Assembly (NCBI RefSeq): GCF_006345805.1 | Contig: NC_042997.1 | Location: 45,322,001 to 45,386,000 of the forward strand | Length of the DNA stretch: 64,000 bases | Direction: 5' to 3' | Origin: Octopus sinensis | Taxonomy: Eukaryota | Shown here: piece by piece, positions 38,401 to 52,166 of the stretch | Layout: each line of letters begins with the position of its first letter | Position numbering within the stretch: position 1 is the first letter of the stretch | The notes under the pieces: model-generated | Told to the model about the DNA's origin: nothing | The model's input: only the letters and a program-made list of their open reading frames with translations | The model's database searches: none | Translations under genes and position numbers: made by a program

Positions 38401-40916
38401 ATAAGAGAAAACTTACAAAATTAAAAAGGTAGCTTTTTTTTTATCAAAAGGCTATAAAGTAAGAACATATAAAAGAAACTATAAAAATGCCATAAAAGGA
38501 AATCAGAACATCTTTGTTTACCAGTTCAAGAAATCTAAAGAACATCAAAGTTAAATCTGAAAGAGCGAACACCTAAAGCAACCTAACAACATATGACCAT
38601 TTAAAAAGTAAAACTTAATTAGATATATAACCCTTTCTTTCTGAGATTAAAGCATTGTTTGGATATAAAATTTAAGTGGATGTAACATGAAAGATTACAT
38701 GAAATGAAATAAAAGTTTTATTGTAAAAGACTGGAAAAATTTATCCCCATGAAATAGGAGTTAAGTAAAAGATCCACATCCAAAATTAACTAGCATCTTG
38801 TTCAGGAAACAAAACTGTTTCCACCAGATCCTTCTTTGTAGAAACCCTTAAATTTGATTTCATTATTTTCAGTGCAGTAAACAGTCAAATCAATACCTGT
38901 GAAACTGGAAATTTCAATGCATTATGTTACAATTTGCATCAAGATGAAAGCTGAAATATTTCATGACCCTGATTGTAGTAACCCAGTTATTGTTTTCTAT
39001 ATCCCTACCTCGAAATTATATTTTATATTGTTGCACATTCAGTAAGCATAGATATGGCTGTATGATGAACAAGCTTGCATTGCAACCATGTAATTTTGGC
39101 TTCACTTCTGCTTCATGGCAAGAGTCTTTTACTTTATGTAGACCCAAGCCAACCAATGCCTTGTCAGTGAATTTTGGAAGATGAAAACTGTGTGGAAACT
39201 TATTGCACACACACACACACACACACACACACACCACACATATACACACACACCACACATATACACACACACCACACATATACACATGAGGGTAATATAA
39301 CACGAAGATGGAGGATAACAATATTTAATAGTAGATCACATTTGTTTCTGCATAGCATACCCAGCTTTAAGTTGCTGAGTTTATATTCAAATACCATTAA
39401 GGAAGAACACTCTTTATAATTATTATACTGTTCAGCAACAGCCATGTGTGGGTGCTTTATTGGGTGGAATACGATATATATAAATATCAATTTGAAAGAT
39501 ATGCAAAGACTTGATGACTAGAAAAATTTTTGAAGTAACTGATTTTTATGATATTAGACCAATTCTCTCTTCACGCAACACGGCTAGTAGCTACTAAGCT
39601 TAAACTCTGTGGATTTTTTGTAGCGAAAAAAAAAAAACCCAATAATCATTAATTGACCATATTGACAATATTTGAACAGATTTGAAAACAGCAAAGAGTA
39701 TCAAGTATGCCAAAATGAAAGGAACCTACATTTGTTTCTAATGAAATCAGTAAATATGTCAACCTTTTATCAAAATTAGAAGTGATGAAATTTTCTCTCT
39801 TTTATTGATGAGAAAACAGACATGTCCACTTTCAAGCAACTTGTTCTGGCAGCTAGATATTAAGATAATGAAATTTAAACCACTCTTGGAATGTATTATT
39901 ATACAGAAGCCCTTTCAAATAATTGTGACATTATCTTTGAAAAGCTACGAGGATTTGCCAGAAATAATCTTTCTAATTTTGAGACAAGGTTAGCAATTTG
40001 AAAAGCAAAAAATGTTGATTAATCAATCCCAGTGCTGAACTGGTACTTATTACATTGACTGTTAAAGAATGAAAGACAAAGTTGACTTTGATGGCATTTG
40101 AACTCAGAATGTGAAGAGCAGGAAAGTTGTTAATTGCCAATAATAATGCTAGTGTTACGATGGGAAGCAAAAGCTGAGTTCAACATCTCTTCAAGCAGAA
40201 AAATTCTCAAACCACTGTACAACCTTTTGTACTTCTGAGGTTTACACCAAAATGTTCAGTTGTTAAGGAGAGTTAGCCAAAAATATCTTTTCATATTTGA
40301 TCAATAGTCCGAAATGTCAAAATGAATAGAAAGAATTTTTCTAAAATTACAAATACAAAACCTTAAAACATTTTGTACTACACAAGCTGCAAGAAATGGC
40401 TGTCCCTTTAATCAAGAGGTGAAAAGATTTTTAGATCAATGGTCTGCATCTTTGTTATAATTTACATCTGTTGCCTTAGAAGATGGTATTTCTATGACTT
40501 TAACAATTTTAGAGGCATTACAAAATCCCATTACAAAAATGTATTTTGCTTTCTAAACTTTCATCTTGCTGAGATCAATAAGTTTAATTTAGAATTCCAA
40601 ACAGGAACATTTGGAATTTATAAATTAAGATATTCTGTGAATACTTGTACTAAAGGGATTCTCAATAATTTTATCAAACATTTTGAAATGTAGTAAGTAG
40701 AATGGATTGCAACCCAATATAACTTAAGATAGTTGGTGTTTATTGTGGTGTCACCAGTGAAAAACATTTAACATCCTGTTGAAAAACTTTAAAGTCAAAA
40801 GGCCAGTGTTGTAAGGAGTCTTTTACAGAACAAAAATAAACGATAGAGGAAGGTATTAGAGTTTTTCTACCTTAGAGAGCAACTCATTACTTTCAAAATG
40901 AATGTAAACAAAGTTA

Positions 40917-41304
40917 GGAGGTGCAATGGCCCAGTGGTTAGGGCAGCGGACTCGCGGTCATAGGATCGCGGTTTCGATTCCCAGACCGGGCGTTGTGAGT
41001 GTTTATTGAGCGAAAACACCTAAAAGCTCCACGAGTCTCCAACAAGGGATGGTGGTGATCCCTGCTGCACTCTTTCACCACAACTTTCTCTCACTCTTAT
41101 TTCTTGTTTCTGTTGTACCTGTATTTCAAGGGGCCAGCCTTGTCACTCTCTGTGTCACGCTGAATATCCCCGAGAACTATGTTAAGGGTACACATGTCTG
41201 TGGAGTGCTCAGCCACTTACACGTTAATTTCACGAGCAGGCTGTTCCGTTGATTCGGATCAACCGGAACCCTCATCGTCGTAACCGACGGAGTGCTTCCA
41301 CTGG
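40917..41304 (+). mobile_element. Full-length group C (OR-like) tRNA-derived SINE with 11-bp TSD
   Basis: A box TGGCCCAGTGG, B box GTTTCGATTCC; AAACAAAGTTA (40906) and AAACAAAGTCA (41305). Confidence 0.9.
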
Positions 41305-43179
41305 AAACAAAGTCAGTATGAGATGCAGGTGGCATCATGCATTTCAGGAATGGCTGCCCAATGCAGTCCTTCCAATATTGTATTTTGTAAGCAGTTAAAT
41401 GTGAAAGAAAGAATTTGCTCAGAATAAACTTTGGCAACTCTGCTCCTTACTAGTTATGCATTGTATCAATGGCCAAGGCTCATAATTCTTACAGGTCTTC
41501 TCCTGTTAGCTGTAAATAAGTAACATGCAGAAGTACAGTTTATGAAGGTGAAGGACAACAGTACTATATAATTTATCTAATTGATGATTGCCTTATAATT
41601 GTACACTGATGAGCAGAAATCTTCTCAAGAGAAGCACCAGAAATCACAATCAGTTGTTTCAAAATTTTAGTCAACATGGAGTAATGAAAGCCTTGAGATT
41701 CACAGGCGAACTTACACTACAAATACTAGCATGGTAAAATCTTTGATCTATGTCATTGAAACAGTTATGATAGGAAAGCTTATTGATGGATGGATCTCTT
41801 CAGGAAATGTGAAACCATTAACATAGTCACACTTGACATAAATAATATTAATTGGAAATATATTGATAAACAATAAAGGTATGGTTGAGCAAAGATAATG
41901 TTCCAAGGAACATTTTCCAGATTGGTTGAATAAACTAATCAACTCTTTACACCAGACACAAACATTTATCACCAGTTTATCATCTATTTTTCCATGCTAG
42001 TATGGGTTGGGACACTAATGAACTAGCTCATCAATGAAGTTGGCAATGTTTCTAACCATACTGTTTTATTCAAGGTTTTCAGCAGGGTTTAATGGCTGGA
42101 TGCCCTTCCTACTTTAATTGCTTCAATAGAAGTGATCAAAGTCGTTACTAAACCAGTATCTGTAGAGTCGTTCTCCTATGAATCACAAAGCTTTCAATAC
42201 TCTACATTGACTAATATCTTGTGAATGCAGATATTTAAATGAATTACTAAATGTTATATCAAATATTTAAGAAGTAGTTGTACTTAAAACCAAATATTCA
42301 TCTGCAAAATTGGGATGGTATCTATTAACTATACAGCAGAAAGAAATATATAGTGCAGTGTCTTTCCTTATGGAACATTGCTTGTAACTTTTTTTTACTC
42401 CTATGATGATATGGTCTAACAACATATTATACAGACCAAGAGTCAATTATCATCAAACACCGACCTACTACTATACTTTGAAAACTTGAAAATGAATTAA
42501 AACCCATTTCTCACAATACAACCTTAGTCTCATTTCTTTTTATCTAACCAGCAAATATTGTCTCCAAGCACAAATTTTTAATGGGAACAATCCGCAATTA
42601 TCTCTGTCTCTGATACACAAAAATTGCACAAAACAAATTTGAAAAGTGAAGTGTATTTTCTTTCCATATTGATTATGCAAAAGATAACAACACACAAGTT
42701 ATTTTAGAGATTAAGAAATGGAATTGTAGTTCTATTTTCCTTTACTCTTATGTGGGTTTTTTTTTTTTTTTTCACTAATGTACAAAGACAATTAGTGATA
42801 GGAAAGAGAATGGAATGTTGTTGACCAAATTGACCTCCGTATATTGCCAGTATTTATTCTATTTATTTCGTTTGTCTTTACATTCTGAGTTCAAATTCCG
42901 TTGAGGTTGACTCTGCCTTTCATCCTTTCGGGGTTGAAAATTGAGGTACCAGTTGTGTACTGGGGTTGATCTAATTGACTGCCACCCCCCACCAACACCC
43001 CCCCAAAATTTGGGGCCTTGTGCCTAGAGTAGAAAAGTAATTTATTTCATCATTCCAAGACAGAAAAGAGAAAATAATTCAGGAATAGTGTACTCTGGCA
43101 GAATTATAATTTGGAAGCAGAAATGTGATGCATTCGTCGGACACTCACACTTGGTCATGGAAAACCATTGCTACTACTG

Positions 43180-43220
<41 letters not shown>

Positions 43221-44087
43221 TACTTACATAGGCACGAGGCCAGCAATTTGTGGAGAGGGAGCAGTTAGTCACACTGATTCCTATTCTTGGCTGTTTTTAT
43301 TTTATCAACTCCAGAATTTTGAACACAACACAAAGAGCTGGAACAAACACCATAAGGTACTTTGTCTGATATTCCACTGATTCTAGAAGCCCACCACCCT
43401 ACTAATAGTGGAAGTGTTGGCGGTAGTAATTGTAGTGGTAGTAGTAGTAGTAGTGTGACAGTGTAACATTATCATTAATCAAATAACAATATTTGGGCAA
43501 AAGAAAATTAAAAAAAAGTAAAAGTAAATAGCTTGACAAAATATTAGCACCTGTTACAAGTTGGATTTAAAGTGAACAAGACTTTTGTAACCAGAGAATA
43601 TATAGAAGACAGAACCAATAATAAGACTATGAGCAGCTGCCACAACAACAACATCAATATGATATCTGTACAAACAAATCACTAGAATATTACGGAGAAG
43701 TTATGATTTTAAAAATATATGAAATGTCAAATAAAACCACAGTAAAAATGGGGAGTCATTCAAGACAGGCAACAAAGAGGTGGAATGTTATTAAACATAA
43801 AATTACAATACTTGGATAAAACATTAAAGAGAAAGCTTGAATGCAATAGAATGAGATACAAGGTGACAAATCTGTTGATTGACAAAACAGGCCAGGTAAT
43901 AATTGAAAAGGGTGAGAGAAAACAATCTGATATTAAATTTTCTGAAACAAAAGGCCTCAAACAACTGTGAAAAAGTACACTATAGAGAGAAAAAAAGTGT
44001 TGGAACATAAACTAGAGAAATAGAGAAACTAAACCAATGGATGAAAGTAAAATTACAAACAATAAAAAGGTTTGAGAAAATTAAACA

Positions 44088-44108
<21 letters not shown>

Positions 44109-44123
<15 letters not shown>

Positions 44124-45586
44124 TGTGCGCGCGCACACACATTAAAGTAAAACAAAAAAAAAAAAGTATCTACTAAGAATGGGAACAAGAAGGTCATTAA
44201 AATATAATTTCCAAAGAAGACTTTTGTGAAATATCTCTACCAAAAGAAAAATATAGTTTATCATGTAACAAAGAGATGAAAAGAATGACTGTCATAAACC
44301 ACAGCAACTGGAGAGTAAAATATAAACACTTTGTATAAGCATTTGGAGGTTCTTAGAAAACATCAGAGAAGGTAGGACTACATTACCATGAAAGCAAAAG
44401 AAGAAAAGAAAAAAGAATGACAATAAAAATATCATGAAAAAAATTTACCCACCTATTGTTTTAAGGGAAGAAAAGGGATATATGTATATATGATTGAACT
44501 ATTATATGAAAGGTAAAGGCCAACTTCTTGTAGAGGCTACTGGGTGTATATTGGAAATGAATTGTGTATACTAGGTGAGAAAGAACTGTAGATTTATAAT
44601 AGGAGGTAAGCAAGATACATTTATAGCTAAGAATATTATTTATTTAATCTTCGCTGGAGTGGCTGTGTGGTAAGTAGCTTGCTAACCAACCACATGGTTC
44701 CGGGTTCAGTCCCACTGTGTGGCACCTTGGGCAAGTGTCTTCTACTATAGCCTCGGGCTGACCAATGCCTTGTAAGTGGATTTGGTAGAAACTGAAAGAA
44801 GCCTGTCGTATATATGTATATATATATATGTATTATGTGTGTGTGTTGTGTGTGTGTGTGAGTGTGCGCGCGCACACACATTAAAGTAAAACAAAAAAAA
44901 AAAAGTATCTACTAAGAATGGGAACAAGAAGGTCATTAAAATATAATTTCCAAAGAAGACTTTTGTGAAATATCTCTACCAAAAGAAAAATATAGTTTAT
45001 CATGTAACAAGAGATGAAAAGAATGACTGTCATAAACCACAGCAACTGGAGAGTAAAATATAAACACTTTGTATAAGCATTTGGAGGTTCTTAGAAAACA
45101 TCAGAGAAGGTAGGACTACATTACCATGAAAGCAAAAGAAGAAAAGAAAAAATGAATGACAATAAAAATATCATGAAAAAAATTTACCCACCTATTGTTT
45201 TAAGGGAAGAAAAGGGATATATGTATATATGATTGAACTATTATATGAAAGGTAAAGGCCAACTTCTTGTAGAGGCTACTGGGTGTATATTGGAAATGAA
45301 TTGTGTATACTAGGTGAGAAAGAACTGTAGATTTATAATAGGAGGTAAGCAAGATACATTTATAGCTAAGAATATTATTTATTTAATCTTCGCTGGAGTG
45401 GCTGTGTGGTAAGTAGCTTGCTAACCAACCACATGGTTCCGGGTTCAGTCCCACTGTGTGGCACCTTGGGCAAGTGTCTTCTACTATAGCCTCGGGCTGA
45501 CCAATGCCTTGTAAGTGGATTTGGTAGAAACTGAAAGAAGCCTGTCGTATATATGTATATATATATATGTATTATGTGTGTGTGTT
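44109..45586. repeat. 739-bp tandem duplication (44109-44847 and 44848-45586)
   Basis: Offset 739 at both ends; I found only two 1-bp indel differences between the copies. Confidence 0.95.
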
Positions 45587-45795
45587 TGTGTGTCTGTGTT
45601 TGTCTCCCTAGCATTGCTTGACAACCGATGCTGGTGTGTTTATGTCCCCGTCACTTAGCGGTTTGGCAAAAGAGACCGATAGAATAAGTACTGGGCTTAT
45701 AAAGAATAAGTCCCGGGGTCAATTTGCTCGACTAAAGGCAGTGCTCCAGCATGGCCGCAGTCAAATGACTGAAACAAGTAAAAGAGTAAAAGAGT
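45391..45795 (+). mobile_element. Group A SINE; its left half is also duplicated at 44652-44847
   Basis: Matches group A. Confidence 0.9.
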
Positions 45796-45985
45796 AATAT
45801 TCTCAAAAGTAGTCAGTAAGAAAATTGTACTCAAAGGAATCCCAACCTCCTCTGCTCAAGGAGTGATGTTTGATTTGTATATCATCTCTAAAACTGTATT
45901 GTCCTAAGGACTGGTAATTCTCAAAGATCTCTGCTGTAAGTAATAGGAACACTATAAAATTAATGAGAATTTCATTGGAGTGTTG

Positions 45986-46015
<30 letters not shown>

Positions 46016-46018
<3 letters not shown>

Positions 46019-46158
46019 CACAATAAAATTATACAAAGACAAACTCCGGAGATCCATAGTATCCCAAATAACCTACCTATATGTTTATTTGCCAAACAAG
46101 TAGACAAAATTTACCCCCAGAGAAATACAGTATAAGGTCACCTAAAAATTTCTTACAG
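46016..46158 (+). repeat. Segment repeated in inverted orientation at 50381-50533
   Basis: CAGCACAATAAAATTA...GATCCATAGTATCCCAAAT...GAAATACAGTATAAGGTCACCTAAAAATTTCTTACAG present on + here and on - at 50381-50533. Confidence 0.85.
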
Positions 46159-47299
46159 AAAGGAGATGAACCAATGTTTTTTTTCTTTACACAAAAATAT
46201 CCTCCACTACACCCCCAATGATTTAACAGAAGATATTTTTAACAAAATATGATAGAAATTATGATGATATGGTTAACTAGTTGGGCTTAGTTTAGAACAA
46301 TCATTTCATTGAGTTTTGAAGGATGCTATATAACCAGGACAGCCCTGATCAAACAGACCCGTGACAAAAAAGCATTCCAAATGAGACCATCCCATCTTTT
46401 TTATGTACACAGAACCCAGGACAACATTATCTTATATAAGGTATTTTGGCTGCTATTTCTCATAGCAAAAGTGACTTGAGAGACTTGTTCCGCTGGCTAT
46501 GAAAAGGATGACTGTTAACAGCAAACCCATGAGATGAATTCAGAGTTGCCTCAAATATTCCTCTCTATTATCTCAATCCTCTGTACTGCTCTATAAATAT
46601 TATCATCAACAACAGAACTGGAGACTAAAGTCTCACTTATTTTGGACTACCAGGTAGAATATAGATGTTTTGTTTGTCTCAGGGTCATTTCTTGCAGTTA
46701 AACCATGAAATATACTAATTGACCAGATTTAAATAGCATCAGGAAGAAAGAAAGGGGGGGAAAGAAATGTTATTTTGTTCACATGAAGTCATTAAGTTGT
46801 CAGCCGGCTCCCTATTTTTATGCATTTATCAATCTCTATGCTGTTCTCTGACCCTTTCTACTACCTCAGCTAGGCTATTAATTTAACCCAATTTGCAAGG
46901 AGCAAAGGAAGCATATTAAAAATTTTTATAGCTACCATAGTTCCTAGTTCCAGAACACAAAGCATGTGTGATCAAAGATATAATTGGCTGATGCTTTTAT
47001 TTTTATTTTATGAGATACCAAAATAAACCACACTAGGTGACTTTACCCCTACATGACCTAGCAACCAAAAGCACATTAGTGAGCCTAACTGTTCAATAAA
47101 AAAAAACTCATGTGTGTGTGTGTGTTTATATGCATGTGTATGTACGTATGTGTGTGTGTTTACACATACACATATATATAACCATCTTCACCATTACCAT
47201 TTAATGTCCATATTCCATGCTGGCAAACCAGAGAACTGTGCAAGTCTCTGTTGTCAGTTTTGACATGGTTTCTAATTGTATGTCCTTCCTAACACCAAC

Positions 47300-47359
<60 letters not shown>

Positions 47360-47650
47360 CATGAACAAAAACTTTTCTTTTAAACAAATTTCATTAAATA
47401 TATGATTGTGTTTAAGTTCTGTCATTTCTGTAACAGATTTTCTTTTAGTATTTTCTTATTAGTTGGAACAATGAAGTTCCTAAATTCGTATTAAATGCTT
47501 CCAAACCTTTACAGTCTCTTTCTCAGAAATTTAATGGGTTTGGCATCAGAATTATTTCTGACATAATGTTTGAATCCATGGGTTCTATGTTCGCAGTCAG
47601 ATACTGATTTGTTTTGTTGTGGCCAAATTTTTGATCATTAGGTTTTCATA

Positions 47651-48043
47651 GGCACAGGAGAGGCTGTGTGGTAGTGGTAAGTAGCTTGCTTACCAACCAC
47701 ATGGTTCCAGGTTCAGTCCCACTGTGTGGCACCTTGGGCAAGTGTCTTCTACTATAGCCTCAGGCCGACCAAAGCCTTGTAAGTGGATTTAGTAGACGGA
47801 AACTGAAAGAAGCCCGTCGTATATACGCATATATATATATGTATGTGTGTGTGTTTGTCTACCCAACATCGCTTGACAACCGATGCTGGTGTGTTTACGT
47901 CTATGTAACTTAGTGGTTCGGCAAAAGAGACCGGTAGAATAAGTACTAGGCTCACAAAGAATAGGTCCTGGGGACAATTTGTTCGACTAAAGGCGGTGCT
48001 TCAGCATGGCCGCAGTCAAATGACTGAAACAAGTAAAAGAGTA
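47651..48043 (+). mobile_element. Full-length group A SINE
   Basis: Matches group A; small GTGGTA duplication in the head. Confidence 0.9.
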
Positions 48044-48049
48044 TAGCCG

Positions 48050-49460
48050 TAGCCATGTGTTCACTTTTTGATATGTTTGCTGTGTGTTTATTTTGGCATA
48101 TGTTGCAGTATGAGTATTGCTTAATCTTCTAATTTTGTAAGGAATTTTGTAGAGTGTATATATATCATCCAGGTTCAGTTCTACTGCATGGCACTTTCTG
48201 GAAGAGTCTTCTACCATAGCTTCAGGCTGGCCAAAGCCCTGTGAGTGGATTTGATACAAGAAAACTGAAAGAAGCCTGTCATATGCATATACATGTGAGC
48301 CTTTGTGTTTGTCCCCTACTGTTTGCTTCACAACTGGAGTTAGTCTGTTTACTTCTCGGATACCTAGTGATTTGGCAAAAAAGACCAACAGAATAAGTAC
48401 CAGGCTTACAAAAAAAAAACAAAAAAAAAATTAGTATTGGGGTCAATTCATTTGACTGAAGCCCTTCAAAGTATTGCCCCAGCAGGGTCACAGTCCAAAG
48501 ACTGAAACAAGTAACAGGATAAAAGAAAAAGAATATTTTTCTGTCAAATTTTGTTTTGTGGTGTGTGGTAAAAGGGTGTTGTGATTGTTCCTTCTTGTAA
48601 ATACAAGGTGTGCTGATGACAGAGTGTTGTACTCCTGTGTCAAATGTACCAGCTGCTTACAACTTTCAGTTGTAAACGGTCTAATTTGTAGATTACATCA
48701 TTAGTAGCTTGCTTTTGGGTTCATATGCTTGTAGTGTGCTACTGTGAAGGAAGATTTTGCTTTTGGTATTTCTCAAGTATATTATTAGTTTAAGTTTATG
48801 GTCAGGTGTAATGCATTTTGCCTTCTGTTTTATGATGTTTTACAATATATAGCTATCTGGTAATTTTTGTATCTTTAATTCATACAATAGTTTTATGTAT
48901 TGTATTGGGAATATTCTTTGATGTTTATGTTGTATAGTACTTGTGTCTATATTCTTTCTAAAGCTAGGTCCACTAGTCTCTTAGGATATTGATTATGAAT
49001 TAATGTTTGTTCAGTTCTGTGCTTTTCTTTCTCTAGTGCCTCATTTGCGGACAAGAATATAAATACATTCCAAAGAAGTGATTTACCACTGACATCTTAC
49101 AGATGTATGGGCATTCATTATCTCCATGAAGGTGTATACATTTATTTTATTCTTAGGTGTATGTTGACATAACGTATTTGTCTTTTCCATCTGTGTTTAT
49201 ACTCCAAATATGGTGTCCCACTTGTATATAATTCCAATGTTAAATTTTAGTCCAAAGTTGTTTCTCATTTTTTTTTTAGCTTTTCAACATTCTTTAATGT
49301 CTACTATCATCTACATATCTGGTGTATATTATGTATTTACATTCTGAAAATGTACATCTTAAGGGGGAACCCATGGCTACTCCATCTGGTTCTCTATAAA
49401 AATTACCATGTGTGCACTGTAAAGGTACTTCAGCTGTACACAATACGAATAAAATGTTCT
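48050..49460 (-). mobile_element. Highly degenerate Penelope-like element (RT plus GIY-YIG remnant), interrupted by a SINE at 48170-48530
   Basis: LCTAEVPLQCTHGNFYREPDGVAMGSPL...YTRYVDD at about 49300-49440; further down LHGDNECP, EQTLIHNQYPKRLVD and VIYKL...YI*HRSTT motifs with many stops and frameshifts. Confidence 0.7.
48170..48530 (+). mobile_element. Older group A subfamily SINE
   Basis: Diverged match including the CAGTCCAAAGACTGAAACAAGTAA tail. Confidence 0.7.
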
Positions 49461-49542
49461 TTTTTTTGAATAAATTTGTTGGCATCATGGGTGGTTTTAT
49501 ACATTCATCATTAGGATTTCTATTGTTTCTGCCACTGGGATC

Positions 49543-49956
49543 ATCATCATCATTGCTTAGCATCCTTTTTTTCCATGCTGACATGGGTTGGATGGTTTGA
49601 CATGGAGAAGGCTAGTAGGGAGCTGTCCAGACTCCAACCGTCTGTTGTGGCATGGTTTCTATTGGCTGGATGCCCTTCCTAATGCCAACCTCTTAACAGA
49701 GTGTGCTGGGGGCTTTTTACATTCCACTGGCATTTTCTTTTTTCTTTATTCTTTTACTTGTTTCAGTCATTTGACTGTGGCCATGCTGGAGCACCGCCTT
49801 TAGTCGAGCAAATCGACCCCGGGACTTATTCTTTGTAAGCCCAGTACTTATTCTATCGGTCTCTTTTGCCGAACCGCTAAGTGATGGGGACGTAAACACA
49901 CCAGCATCGGTTGTCAAGCAATGCTAGGGGGACAAACACAGACATACACACACACG

Positions 49957-49994
<38 letters not shown>

Positions 49995-50320
49995 TACGAC
50001 AGGCTTCTTTCAGTTTCCGTCTACCAAATCCACTCACAAGGCTTTGGTCGGCCCGGGGCTATAGCAGAAGACACTGAGTGCATTTACATTGCATCAGCAT
50101 GAGTGAGTTGATGCAGCACTGGCACAGGTGATCTTTAAGCGGCACCAGCACCTGAAAGGCCAAGTCTGTATGTGTAGAAGACAGCAATTTCACTTAGCTT
50201 GATGCATCTTATCAAGTACAGCAAATCACCACATCTCCTGGTCTTTTGACATTTCTTCATTGAGGCCCAGCATCTGAAGATCTTTTCTCACCACTTCATC
50301 CCACATCTTCCTGGGTCCAC
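49543..50320 (-). mobile_element. RTE LINE 3' end (RT C-terminus, UTR, (GAT)n tail) interrupted by a SINE
   Basis: GPRKMWDEVVRKDLQMLGLNEEMSKDQEMW at about 50230-50320; UTR resumes at 49730 and ends in a TGA repeat at about 49545. Confidence 0.8.
49737..50075 (-). mobile_element. 5'-truncated group A SINE nested in the RTE 3' UTR
   Basis: Matches group A from GTGTCTTCTGCTATAGCC onward. Confidence 0.9.
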
Positions 50321-50628
50321 AATTAGAGTTTGGCACAATAAACTTTCTACAACTTAGGAGAAATTAGTTCCACCTAAAATCTGTAAGAAATTTTTAGGTG
50401 ACCTTATACTGTATTTCTCCTGGGGTAAATTTTGGTAATACTGTCTACTTGTTTGGCAAATAAATGTATAGGTAGGTTTATTTGGGATACTATGGATCTC
50501 TGGAGTTTGTCTTTGAATAATTTTATTGTGCTGTGTGTGTGTGTGTGTGTGTGCATGCGAGTGTGTTTTTATGTCTTATTAAAGGAAAGACAAGTTAAAA
50601 ATAGAATGTAAATTGTTGAAAATATATA

Positions 50629-50790
50629 GGCGCAGTTGTGGCTGTGTGGTAAGTAGCTTGTTTACCAACCCATGGTTCCGGGTTCAGTCCCACTGTGTGG
50701 CACCTTGGGCAAGTGTCTTCTACTATAGCCTCGGGCCGACCAAAGCCTTGTGAGTGGATTTGGTAGACGGAAACTGAAAGAAGCCCGTCG

Positions 50791-50851
<61 letters not shown>

Positions 50852-51062
50852 TTGTGCGTCTGTGTTTGTCCCCCTAGCATTGCTTGACAACCGATGCTGG
50901 TGTGTTTATGTCCCCGTTACTTAGCGGTTCGGCAAACGAGACCGATAGAATAAGTACTGGGCTTACAAAAGAATAAGTCCCGGGGTCGAGTTGCTCGATT
51001 AAAGGCGGTGCTCCAGCATGGCCGCAGTCAAATGACTGAAACAAGTAAAAGAGTAAAAGAGT
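50629..51062 (+). mobile_element. Full-length group A SINE
   Basis: Matches group A. Confidence 0.92.
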
Positions 51063-51505
51063 ATCTAAATGAATGATGTATGTTTTATTTCTTATTCATG
51101 ACTGACTGATTTATTTCCTTTTTATTAAAAAGAAGTTTTGAAAACTTTAAAATCAAAGCATGTTGATGATACCAAGATAGAGAATCAAAGAAGATGTTGC
51201 TTCAGTAACATCCATGATTAGTAAAGCTTAACAGGCTGTCTGGTTTAAACACTACCACCTGGTTCTTGGGTGACTTTAACGGAGTTCTAAGTATTTTGAC
51301 TTGTGGCCCCTCCACTACTACCACTCAATTTCCTCCAGATGGTGAGGATGAACAATCTAACCAGGATGAGGTTTACATAGATCATAGGCATTGCCCCTTC
51401 CCTTTGTTAATTATCTAAAGAGTAAAAGTAATTTAGTATCTTATGTTTGTGTACTTAAACCAAAGTTAATTACATTAATGTTAGCACTGAAATCATCAAT
51501 TATAC

Positions 51506-51598
51506 CTTTTCTCCGTAGAAATTGTCTAAGTGAAACCATTGCATTAGATTCCAGCACTGAAAAGTATTTAGATGTCAAAATATTGAAGATTAAATATG
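51506..51598 (-). CDS. Possible 93-nt symmetric exon (YLIFNILTSKYFSVLESNAMVSLRQFLRRK), unidentified
   Basis: CTGTTCTATTTCTTTTGCAG| acceptor, open frame, AAAG|GTATAA donor (weak). Confidence 0.25.
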
Positions 51599-51754
51599 CT
51601 GCAAAAGAAATAGAACAGTATTCAAGGCACATACCAATCTTCTGATGAAAAGTATAATTTAGCATTATTGCTATCCAGAACTTACACTTTAACAGAATTC
51701 TTTCCTAGTATTTATTTCATTAACCCTTAATGGATGAAAGAATAAATTAATATT

Positions 51755-52115
51755 AGGCACAGGTATGACTGGATGGTTAGAAGTTTGCTTGGTTCAGTCC
51801 CACTGCATGGCAACTTGGGTCTCTTTTTCTATAGTCTTGGGCTGACCAAAGCTTTTTGAGTGGATTTGGCGGATGGAAACTGAAAGAAACCAGTGGCATG
51901 TGTGTGTGTCTTTGTGTCTGTCCCCCCACCACCACTTGAGAACTAGTGTTGGTTTGTTGACATCCCCACACCTTAGTGATTTAGCAAAAGAGACCAATAG
52001 AATACCAGGTTTAAAAAATACTAAGTACTGGGGTCAATTTGTTCGACTAAAAGTTTTCAAGGCAGTGTGCCCCAGCATGGTTGTAGTCCAATGACTGGAA
52101 CAAGTAAAAGGTAAA
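51755..52115 (+). mobile_element. Older group A subfamily SINE
   Basis: Diverged match with head deletion. Confidence 0.7.
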
Positions 52116-52166
52116 AAGTAGTCAGTTTTGACTGAACTCTTAACTCCTCATACATTATCACTTTAA

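Noticed and set aside
40917-40990. tRNA-like sequences with A and B boxes (also 15860, 53190-53261)
   Set aside because: They continue into SINE bodies with tails and TSDs; no acceptor stem closure or T-run terminator.
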